From: an uncultured Spirochaetota bacterium
GTDB taxonomy: Bacteria; Spirochaetota; Spirochaetia; SZUA-6; Fen-1364
Direction of reading: 5' to 3'
Assembly (NCBI GenBank): GCA_963781885.1
Contig: CAWAHW010000002.1
Span: 544,001-608,000 of the forward strand
DNA: 64,000 nt
Each line of letters begins with the position of its first letter. Position 1 is the first letter of the stretch. Below, piece after piece: positions 31,339 to 40,079 of the stretch. Position numbers and translations under genes: made by a program. Below the pieces are notes generated by a model. The model saw only the letters and a program-made list of their open reading frames with translations. It searched no databases and was not told the DNA's origin.

Positions 31339-32505
31339 ATGTTGCGCGCGAGGCGTGTTCTGCTCTGCGGCATCACCATGACGCTCATTGTCCTGGGGTT
31401 GCCGTCGTATGCCCAGAGCGATGCCACGTCCGCGGCCTCGTCGCAGGCCTCCACCAGGTCGGCGCCGGCGCCGACCGCCCCTTCTTCGAAGACTCCCGCG
31501 TGGACAAGGGTGCACAGGGTCGATGATTTCGTGACGGCGGGGGACATTCGCTCGGGCACCGTCCTCTCCGACGCGGACGCGCCGGTTGTCGTCTTCTCCC
31601 ATGGAAGCCACACCGCCGCGGGCGTGAGCTGCGAGCAGTGCCACCACACCGGCGTGCAGGGCTTCCAGGCGCCCGCCTGTGCCTCGTGCCACAAGGGAGC
31701 CGCGGCGGTGGACGTCATGCACGCGGCATGCATCACCTGCCACCAGCGCACAGGCTCAGGCCCGGTGAGCTGCAACGACTGCCATACGGCGCGCCAGACG
31801 AGCCTTGCCGGCGTCTACCGCTTCGAGCTTTCCGACGTCGTCCGGGGGCCGCTGTTCATCGCCGCGTGGGCGCTCTTCGTTCTGGGTTTCGCGTGGCGCA
31901 TCCTTCAGTTCAGCCGTCTCACGCGCGCAACCCGTTCGCGCCTCACCGCGCCGTTGCCGTCGGTTTCCGCGGAGTGGAGCGGCGCCGCCAACGATCGCGG
32001 CTTCTTCGCGCGGCTGCGGCGCTGGGTGCGCGGTACGATATTCGGCACGCATCCCGTCATGGGTGTGGTGAGCCTCCTCTTCCACCTCCTCCTGGTGCTT
32101 CTGCCCCTTCTTCTTCCGGCGCACAACATCCTCTTCGCGCTGACCTTCCGCGTGAGCCTGCCCACGCTCCCCGAGCCCTTCATGGACAAGGCCACACTCG
32201 GGCTTCTGGCGATCGGTGTCTTCTTCCTGGCGCGCCGCATCTTCTCCCCCCGGATACGGGCGCTCAGCACCCTACGCGACTACCTCGTGCTCCTGCTCGT
32301 TGCCGCCCCGTTCGTCACCGCATACATGGCCTACCACCATTGGCTGGACTACCGCACGGTGCTCGTGACGCACATGATCGTCGGTGAAATACTCATTGCG
32401 CTGATCCCCTTCACGAAGCTCGGGCACATGCCCTTCCTGATCTTCGCCCGGTTTTTCGTGTCCGGCGAATACTCCTGGAGACCGGGGAAGCGGAGGTGGA
32501 GATGA
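31339..32505 (+). CDS. Tetraheme cytochrome c3 fused to NarI/TmcC/HmcE-type membrane cytochrome b
   Basis: Signal peptide; FSHGSH plus CEQCHH, CASCH, CITCH, CNDCH; then about 5 TM helices with His residues (FHLL, AHN, THMIVGE, FTKLGHM). Confidence 0.85.
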   Translation: MLRARRVLLCGITMTLIVLGLPSYAQSDATSAASSQASTRSAPAPTAPSSKTPAWTRVHRVDDFVTAGDIRSGTVLSDADAPVVVFSHGSHTAAGVSCEQCHHTGVQGFQAPACASCHKGAAAVDVMHAACITCHQRTGSGPVSCNDCHTARQTSLAGVYRFELSDVVRGPLFIAAWALFVLGFAWRILQFSRLTRATRSRLTAPLPSVSAEWSGAANDRGFFARLRRWVRGTIFGTHPVMGVVSLLFHLLLVLLPLLLPAHNILFALTFRVSLPTLPEPFMDKATLGLLAIGVFFLARRIFSPRIRALSTLRDYLVLLLVAAPFVTAYMAYHHWLDYRTVLVTHMIVGEILIALIPFTKLGHMPFLIFARFFVSGEYSWRPGKRRWR

Positions 32506-32894
32506 GCGGACATTCCGTGGACGCGAAGACACTCCAGAGGATCTCCCGGGTCGTGGAGGGGAAGAAGGACATGATCCGCCTCTCGCTCCAGGCCTGCGTC
32601 CACTGCTCGCTGTGCGCGGAGAGCTGCTTCCTGTACCGCCAGAGCGGCGGGGACCCGACGTACACGCCGGCGTACAAGGCCATCAACACGATCGGAAAGA
32701 TCGCAAAAAGCAGGGGCAGGCTTTCGGACGATGCCTACGAGCGGATCCGCGAGCTTGCCTGGGACAAATGCGTTCTCTGCATGCGCTGCTACTGCCCCAT
32801 CGGCATCAGCGTTCCCTCCCTCATCGCCGCGGCGCGCAGCGCCTGTCGAGAGAAAGGGGTGCACCGCTGGTACACGACAAGGAGGAACGCATGA
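32502..32894 (+). CDS. Small 4Fe-4S dicluster protein (HdrC / TmcB N-terminal-like)
   Basis: CVHCSLCAESC and CVLCMRCYCPIGI; ATGA overlap with the upstream stop. Confidence 0.85.
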   Translation: MSGHSVDAKTLQRISRVVEGKKDMIRLSLQACVHCSLCAESCFLYRQSGGDPTYTPAYKAINTIGKIAKSRGRLSDDAYERIRELAWDKCVLCMRCYCPIGISVPSLIAAARSACREKGVHRWYTTRRNA

Positions 32895-33295
32895 AGGGAA
32901 GAAGGGCGTTTTTCGTGCTTCTCGCATTCGCACTCGGAACGTGCGCGCCGGCGATCTTTGCGGACCCCCCCGCCGTTCTCATGCTCGCAAAGGCGAAGGT
33001 CTTCGGCTCGCTCAGCAGGCCCGCGGTGCGCTTTACGCACGGCGCCCACGGCACCATCCAGGGGGTGAGCTGCCTCACGTGCCATCACGTGTACAAGGAC
33101 GGGAAAAACGTCCTCGACCTCGCCCAGCTCACGGTCGGCAATCCCGCGATACGCTGCGAGACGTGCCACGCGAGCCCGCGCGACCTTGAATCGTCCTTTC
33201 ACAAGTTGTGCATCACCTGCCACGACACCGCGAAGGCGCAGGGCAAGGTGACCGGTCCGCGCGACTGCGGCGACTGTCACGCGTGGGACAGGTGA
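32891..33295 (+). CDS. Periplasmic tetraheme class III cytochrome c (c3/TmcA-like)
   Basis: GGAGG SD, signal peptide, RPAVRFTHGAH, CLTCHH, CETCH, FHKLCITCH, GPRDCGDCH; ATGA overlap. Confidence 0.9.
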   Translation: MKGRRAFFVLLAFALGTCAPAIFADPPAVLMLAKAKVFGSLSRPAVRFTHGAHGTIQGVSCLTCHHVYKDGKNVLDLAQLTVGNPAIRCETCHASPRDLESSFHKLCITCHDTAKAQGKVTGPRDCGDCHAWDR

Positions 33296-33307
33296 GCAGG
33301 GGGGAAT

Positions 33308-33992
33308 ATGGTCAAAGCGAAACCAAAACCGCTCGGTGAGATATTCGACAGGGTGAAGGGCTACCGGCGCGTCCTGATCGTCGGCTGCGGCGGATGCACC
33401 TCGGTCTGCCTTGCCGGGGGACAGCGCGAGTCGCTCGCCCTCGCCGACGAGCTTTCTGCCTGTGCGCGCGCGGCGCGCGTGCCCCAGCAGTACGCGACGT
33501 TCGTCACCGAAAGGCAGTGCAACGCCGAGTTCGTCGACGAGATCGGGGAGCGGGCCGCCAACTGCGACTGCCTGATCTCCCTGGCGTGCGGGGCCGGTGC
33601 GGGGCTCCTGGCGGACGCGTTCCCTTCGCTTCCGATGTTCCCCGGCCTGGACACGATGTTCGTCGGCGTGGACCGCGACGTGGGCTTCTACGAGGAGCGC
33701 TGCAGGACCTGCGGCACCTGCGTCCTGGGCGACACGGGAGGGATATGCCCGGTCACGCGCTGCTCCAAGGGCGTCCTGAACGGGCCTTGCGGCGGCACAC
33801 GGGAGGACGGCTCCTGCGAGCTTGCCGACGGCATCCGCTGCGCCTGGCACGATATATATGACAGGCTGAAAGCGCAGGGGCGTCTTTCCCAGATGCTCAT
33901 CGTGCGGCCTCCCATGGAGTGGGTCGACCGGGGTGTGCGGACCCTCATCCAGAAGGGCTACGAAGGCGCGGTACGCCGCCAGAACGGGCTGA
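33308..33992 (+). CDS. metV: MetV, Cys-rich partner subunit of methylene-THF reductase (apparent 1-nt insertion near 33963)
   Basis: GCGGCTSVCLAGG, RQC, ACGAG, CRTCGTCVL..TGGICPVTRCSKGVLNGPCGG, CAW; probable true stop TGA 33990-33992. Confidence 0.88.
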
Positions 33993-34004
33993 GGGGGATG
34001 CCCA

Positions 34005-34931
34005 ATGAAGTCGGGCAGCAATCTGGAAAAGGTGCTTTCGGCAGGGCATTTCGCCGTGACGGCGGAGCTCGGCCCGCCGCCGGGCGCCGACGTGGATTTC
34101 GTCGCCAAGAAGGCGGAGCTGCTGCGCGGCGCCGTCGACGCGGTGAATGTCACCGACAACCAGACCGCCGTGGTCCGCATGTCCAGCCTCGCGGTGTCGG
34201 CGCTGCTGGTCGGGATGGGCATCGAGCCGGTCATGCAGATGGTGTGCCGCGACAGAAACCGCATCGCCATGCAGAGCGATGTCTTCGGCGCCTCGGCGCT
34301 GGGCATCCGCAACCTCACCTGTCTCATGGGGGACCACCAGGCCTTCGGCAACCAGACCGGCGCAAAGAAGGTGTACGACGTCGACTCCGTCCAGTTGATC
34401 TCCATCGTGAAGCGCATGCGCGACGAGCGGAAGATCCTGGGCAGCGATGAAGAGATCCTCGGCAGCGTGCCGATGTTCATCGGCTGTGCGGCCAATCCCT
34501 TTGCCAAGCCGTACGAGTTCCGCGCCCTGCGTCTTGCGAAAAAGGTGGAGGCGGGCGCGGACTACGTGCAGACGCAGTGCGTCTACGACGTGAAGATGTT
34601 CGCCGAATGGATGAAGGCGGTCCGCGACCTCGGCGTCCACACGAAGTGCCGCATCCTGGCGGGGGTGACGCCCCTGAAGTCGGCCGGCATGGCGCGCTAC
34701 ATGGCCGAGCAGGTCCCCGGCATCATCATCCCGCCCGAGATCATCGCGCGCTTGGCCGCGGCCCCCAAGGGCAAGGGCGCCGAGGTGGGGCTCGCCATTT
34801 GCGCCGAGATCATCGAGCAGCTGCGCGCCATCGAGGGCGTGGCCGGCATCCATATCATGGCAATCGAGTGGGAGCAGAAGGTCCGCGAGATCGTCCAGAC
34901 GGCCACGCTGCTTCCGCGGCCCGTCGTGTGA
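34005..34931 (+). CDS. metF: Methylenetetrahydrofolate reductase, MetVF type
   Basis: TAELGPP, NVTDNQTA, QMVCRDRNRIAMQ, GDH, KKVEAGADYVQTQ, GIHIMAIEW. Confidence 0.95.
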   Translation: MKSGSNLEKVLSAGHFAVTAELGPPPGADVDFVAKKAELLRGAVDAVNVTDNQTAVVRMSSLAVSALLVGMGIEPVMQMVCRDRNRIAMQSDVFGASALGIRNLTCLMGDHQAFGNQTGAKKVYDVDSVQLISIVKRMRDERKILGSDEEILGSVPMFIGCAANPFAKPYEFRALRLAKKVEAGADYVQTQCVYDVKMFAEWMKAVRDLGVHTKCRILAGVTPLKSAGMARYMAEQVPGIIIPPEIIARLAAAPKGKGAEVGLAICAEIIEQLRAIEGVAGIHIMAIEWEQKVREIVQTATLLPRPVV

Positions 34932-35042
34932 GCCATCACCGCGAAGGACGGTTCCCCGACGGCGTCGCGCCCGGGGCCCCGCCCCTCATCGGCGCAGTGC
35001 CCGCCCTTCCGCGCGCGCGGCTTTCATGGTAGCGTGGACTCC

Positions 35043-36008
35043 ATGGACGGGGCAGACGCGCGCGGCAACGACAGGCTGGAGCCGGACGACCTGCAGGAAA
35101 TCGTCGTCGCGTGCGACAGGGACGGGATCATCCTGTCCTGGAACCGGGCGGGCGAGGAGATCACCGGTTTCCTGCACGACGACGTCATCGGCTATCACCT
35201 TGATGCCGTCATAGCCCCAGAGTCGCGCCAGTTCCTCGACCAGATCCTCACGGTGGAGAGGAGCGGATCGCTGCTTCCCGGTCTCCCCGTGCGCCTGCAG
35301 ACGAGCTTCGGCTGGGTGGTGCCGGCGGAGGTGACATCGGTGCCCCGGCGCGGCGCCGACGGCTGGCTGCTCATCTTCCGCGATACGACGCTGAAGGTGC
35401 AGCTCCAGGAGCATCTCGACCGCCTGGACGTGCTCTACCGCGGTCTGGTGGAGGATTCACCCGACATCATCTACGTGCTCGATGAGCGCGCGCGCGTGCT
35501 TTTCATCAACGACACGGTGGAAAAGCTCCTCGGCTATTCAAAAAGGGAGATCATCGGCAATGATCTCATCGAGCTCGTCCATCCCGACGATCGCCAGCAG
35601 GCGTACTGGCCCCTGCGGGAAAGACGCCACGCGGACCGCGCGACGCGCAACCTCCGCCTGCGCTTCCTCACCCGCGCGGGACGGCAGCGGCGCTATGACC
35701 TTGATTTCATCTACATCTCCCTGACGGCGGTCGGCCTGGGGTCGAACAGGCTGGGGGCGCAGCCGCGCGGCGAGCCGGGCGGCGCGCTGGGAACCCAGGG
35801 CGTGGCGCGCGACGTCACGGATCTCGTCATGCTGAACGAGTTTTCGCGACAGGCGGAGCTCATCCTGCCTGTCTGTTCGATCTGCCACAGGATCCGCGTG
35901 ACGTCGGGCAGCACCGTGGAATGGCTGCCGCTTTCCGACTACCTGACGCGCAGGACGGGTGTACTTTTTTCCCACACCTACTGCCCCGACCACGTACCCG
36001 CGCAATAG
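35043..36008 (+). CDS. Tandem PAS-domain protein with C-terminal CxxC...HxxCPxH motif, no kinase or cyclase output
   Basis: WNRAGEEITG and INDTVEKLLGY...VHPDD PAS motifs; LPVCSICHRIR...FSHTYCPDH tail. Confidence 0.8.
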   Translation: MDGADARGNDRLEPDDLQEIVVACDRDGIILSWNRAGEEITGFLHDDVIGYHLDAVIAPESRQFLDQILTVERSGSLLPGLPVRLQTSFGWVVPAEVTSVPRRGADGWLLIFRDTTLKVQLQEHLDRLDVLYRGLVEDSPDIIYVLDERARVLFINDTVEKLLGYSKREIIGNDLIELVHPDDRQQAYWPLRERRHADRATRNLRLRFLTRAGRQRRYDLDFIYISLTAVGLGSNRLGAQPRGEPGGALGTQGVARDVTDLVMLNEFSRQAELILPVCSICHRIRVTSGSTVEWLPLSDYLTRRTGVLFSHTYCPDHVPAQ

Positions 36009-36042
36009 GCGTTTCCGGTTGCTTCGCTTTTTTCGGCGACCC

Positions 36043-36093
36043 TTGACAAATCTAGTAACTCGTCGTATATTTTAAATAACTACTAACTTGTAG
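36043..36093 (+). promoter_or_regulatory. Promoter and tandem putative PadR operators
   Basis: TTGACA-17 bp-TATATT; related 14-mers CTAGTAACTCGTCG (36052-36065) and palindromic CTACTAACTTGTAG (36080-36093). Confidence 0.65.
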
Positions 36094-36104
36094 AGTAGAA
36101 AACG

Positions 36105-36689
36105 ATGTCGGTACGAAATGCGATTCTCGGTCTTCTCTCGCAAAAATCCCAGCATGGCTACATGCTACGCGCCGCTTTCGAGTCGCTTGTCGGCGGCGAG
36201 GAAATTTGGGACGTGAAGCCTGCGCAGATCTATACGACCCTCGCGCGTCTTGAGGAAAGCGGGCTCGTCCGGCAGGACGGTATCGACCAGGACGCGGGGC
36301 CGGAAAAGCGCGTCTACTCCCTCACCCCGGAAGGAAAAAAGGAGCTTGCATCCTGGTTCGCCGCAGGGGTGGAGGAGGAGCGCCAGCGCGACGAGTTCTT
36401 TGTCAAGCTCATGCTGAGCATGCGCGCGGAAGGGGCAAACCCCGTCGCGGTGATCCAGGCGCAGCGCGGCACGCTGTACCAGGAGATGCACGACCTGACG
36501 GCGCGGCGCACGAAGGCCGATCCGAAACGCGAGCTTGCCACCATCTTCCTCCTGGACAAGACCCTCATGCACATCGAGGCGGACCTGCGGTGGCTGGACA
36601 TGGTGGAGGCGCGCCTGGACGACATGGATCGCCAGGCCGCGGCCCCGCTCGCCGCGCGGCCGCGCGGAAGACCCAGAAAATCATCGTAA
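36105..36689 (+). CDS. PadR family transcriptional regulator
   Basis: ILGLL...HGY, QIYTTLARLEESGLV, YSLTPEG, RDEFFVKL. Confidence 0.92.
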   Translation: MSVRNAILGLLSQKSQHGYMLRAAFESLVGGEEIWDVKPAQIYTTLARLEESGLVRQDGIDQDAGPEKRVYSLTPEGKKELASWFAAGVEEERQRDEFFVKLMLSMRAEGANPVAVIQAQRGTLYQEMHDLTARRTKADPKRELATIFLLDKTLMHIEADLRWLDMVEARLDDMDRQAAAPLAARPRGRPRKSS

Positions 36690-36714
36690 GCGGAAAACTG
36701 CAAAAGGAGCCGGT

Positions 36715-37452
<738 letters not shown>

Positions 37453-37461
37453 GAGACGTTC

Positions 37462-40029
37462 ATGGGTATACAACTGACACTCGCGGCGCGCTACCTCGCG
37501 GGCCGCCGCCTTCGCGCAATTCTCACGACCCTTGCCGTCATCTTCGGCGTCCTCGTGCTTTTCGGCATGAACATCATCGTGCCGACCATGATGCAGGCGG
37601 TGCAGTCCACCATGATGGCCGCCTCCGACCAGGTCGACGTGACCGCGACGCTCACGACGGGTGAATCATTTGCCGCCGCCGCTGTGGACAAGGTCCGGGC
37701 GGTGAGCGGCGTGCGCGCCGCGCAGGGAATCCTGGAGCGGCCGGTGAATCTTCCCGCCGATTTCTTCGATCACAATCCTGCCACGCCCGACAAGGTGTCC
37801 GTGCTGTCCCTCATCGGCATCGACCCGGCGCGCGCCCGCGGCGTGCGGCCGTACCCCCTGAGCGGAGGCCGCTTCCTCGAACCGACGGACGGAGCGGCGG
37901 CGGTCATATCCGCCAGTCTCGCGCAGTCGCTCGGCATCTCGCTGGGCGGCTCGTTCGCGCTGCCGACGGTGCAGGGACTCGTCCAGCTCACCGTCGTCGG
38001 GCTTCGTGCCCCGCGCGCCGTGCCCGGCAACGAGGAGGTGCTCGTGACGCTGCCCGAGGCGCAGCAGCTCCTTTCTGCCGAAGGCCAGATCAACACCATC
38101 GAGGCGAACTATGACGCAACCGATGCGGCGCGCCGTGCACAGATCAAGGACGCCGTCCAGGCGGCCCTGGGAAGCTCGTTCACGCTCGGTACCCTTTCCG
38201 ACACGAGCAGCCTCTATGGATCGCTGGGGGCAGCGCGAATCGGCTTCACCGCGTTCGGCATCCTCGCACTCTTCATGGGCGCCTTCATCATTTTCAACAC
38301 CTTCCGCACGATCGTGGCCGAGCGCCGCCGTGACATGGGCATGCTGCGCGCAATCGGCGCAAGCCACCGCACCGTTGTTGGGATCTTCATCCTGGAAGGG
38401 CTGATCCAGGGTGTCCTGGGAACGGCGCTGGGGATGCTCTTCGGCTACCTTCTCGCCCTTGCGGCCACCGCGTCGCTGGGCCCGCTGCTTAGCCAGTACG
38501 TGCATTTGACGATGGGGCTGCCGATCGTCTCCCCGGGCATCGTCATCGTCTCCGTCGTCGTGGGCATCGGGGTGACGCTCGCGGCAGGCCTCTTCCCCGC
38601 GCTCGCCGCGCGCAAGGTGACGCCGATCGAGGCGCTGCGTCCCTCCACGGATGCCGCGGTCTACCGCCGCGCAATCGGCGGCAGCGCCATCGCGGGCATC
38701 GTCCTCGTGGTTCTGGCTCTCGTGGCGCTTGCCTCCGGCTCCATGAGCATCCTCGCGCTGGGCATGATCATGTTCATGGTGGGCATCGTGCTCCTGGCGC
38801 CCGCGCTGGTGCGGCCGCTCTCCCTGGTGTTCGGTGCGCTGCTGGCGCGCCTCTTTGCCCGGCAGGGGACGGGAACCCTCGCGCAGCAGAACCTCGCGCG
38901 CCAACCCTCCCGCGCGGCGGTGACGGCAAGCACGACCATGATCGCACTGGCCATCATCGTGGCCATGGGGGGCATGATGGCAAGCGTCTCCGCGGGATTC
39001 CTGGAGATCCTGCGCACGAGCCTGGGCAGCGACTACCTCTTCGTGCCCCCGGCCGTCGCGGTCTGGCAGAACGACGTCGGCGCCTCCGGCTCGCTCGCCG
39101 ATTCCCTGCGAAAAATCGACGGGGTGGACCACGTGAGCACCCTCCGCTACGCCTCCACGATCCTCGATTCCGGTGCAACCCGCAACACCGCCGCGCTCCT
39201 CGGCATCGAGCCGAAGGAGTTCCCGCTCGTTTCCTCCCTGGCGTTTACCGATGGCTCGTCGGAAAAGGCGTTTGCCGCCCTTGCGGACGGGCGGGGCATT
39301 ATCGCCAATCCCATGCTCGCCGCGTCGCTGGGCTTGAAGGTGGGCGGCACCGTTTCACTGGACACGGCGGAAGGCAGGAAGGACTACCAGGTCGTCGGCA
39401 TCGCCACGGACTTTCTCGATGCGAAAATTGCCGCCGCCTTCGTGTCGCAGGCGAGCCTCGCCCGGGACTTCCACAAGACCGAGGACGTTCTCATCCAGCT
39501 CAACCTGAAGCGCGGTGCCGATGCCGCGGCTGCCGGGGCGGCCATCCGTGCAGCCGGGGCTCAATTCCCCCAGTTCTCCATCGTCCAGGGCAAGGACTAC
39601 TACACGCAGATGAGCGGGCTTTTCACCGTGATCTTCACCGCCCTGTACGTGCTGTTTGCATTCCTCGCCTTGCCCTCACTCCTCACGATGCTCAATACGC
39701 TGGCGATCTCCGTGATCGAACGCACCCGCGAGATCGGGATGCTGCGCGCCGTCGGCACGACCCGGCGGCAGGTGAGCCGCACGGTGCTCGCCGAATCGCT
39801 GCTGCTGGCGGCCCTCGGCACCCTGTTCGGACTGGTTGCCGGCGTGTACCTCGGGTATCTCCTGGTCAGGGGCATGGCGTCGGCCGGCTTCCCAACGCCG
39901 TACGTGTTTCCGGCGGCGGGAGTAATCGCCGCGGTTGTGATCGGACTGGTATTCGGGGCCCTTGCCGCAATCATCCCGGCGCGAAAGGCCGCCGCCCTGG
40001 AAATCGTTGACGCCCTCCGGTTCGAATAA
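37462..40029 (+). CDS. ABC transporter permease with duplicated FtsX/MacB domains
   Basis: Two ERxR(D/E)xGMLRA.G motifs, two periplasmic domains. Confidence 0.92.
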   Translation: MGIQLTLAARYLAGRRLRAILTTLAVIFGVLVLFGMNIIVPTMMQAVQSTMMAASDQVDVTATLTTGESFAAAAVDKVRAVSGVRAAQGILERPVNLPADFFDHNPATPDKVSVLSLIGIDPARARGVRPYPLSGGRFLEPTDGAAAVISASLAQSLGISLGGSFALPTVQGLVQLTVVGLRAPRAVPGNEEVLVTLPEAQQLLSAEGQINTIEANYDATDAARRAQIKDAVQAALGSSFTLGTLSDTSSLYGSLGAARIGFTAFGILALFMGAFIIFNTFRTIVAERRRDMGMLRAIGASHRTVVGIFILEGLIQGVLGTALGMLFGYLLALAATASLGPLLSQYVHLTMGLPIVSPGIVIVSVVVGIGVTLAAGLFPALAARKVTPIEALRPSTDAAVYRRAIGGSAIAGIVLVVLALVALASGSMSILALGMIMFMVGIVLLAPALVRPLSLVFGALLARLFARQGTGTLAQQNLARQPSRAAVTASTTMIALAIIVAMGGMMASVSAGFLEILRTSLGSDYLFVPPAVAVWQNDVGASGSLADSLRKIDGVDHVSTLRYASTILDSGATRNTAALLGIEPKEFPLVSSLAFTDGSSEKAFAALADGRGIIANPMLAASLGLKVGGTVSLDTAEGRKDYQVVGIATDFLDAKIAAAFVSQASLARDFHKTEDVLIQLNLKRGADAAAAGAAIRAAGAQFPQFSIVQGKDYYTQMSGLFTVIFTALYVLFAFLALPSLLTMLNTLAISVIERTREIGMLRAVGTTRRQVSRTVLAESLLLAALGTLFGLVAGVYLGYLLVRGMASAGFPTPYVFPAAGVIAAVVIGLVFGALAAIIPARKAAALEIVDALRFE

Positions 40030-40079
40030 CAGGCACGACGACCCGGGTCTTTCCGTGTCGTCTCCCGTTTCCCCTGCCG

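Noticed and set aside
33308-34450. 380-aa MetV ORF overlapping metF, or a MetV-MetF fusion by readthrough of TGA 33990 (in frame with metF)
   Set aside because: One extra base near 33963 explains the run-on; metF has its own GAGGGGG SD and ATG; an in-frame stop is a 1-in-3 coincidence and the TGA is not at a conserved Cys.
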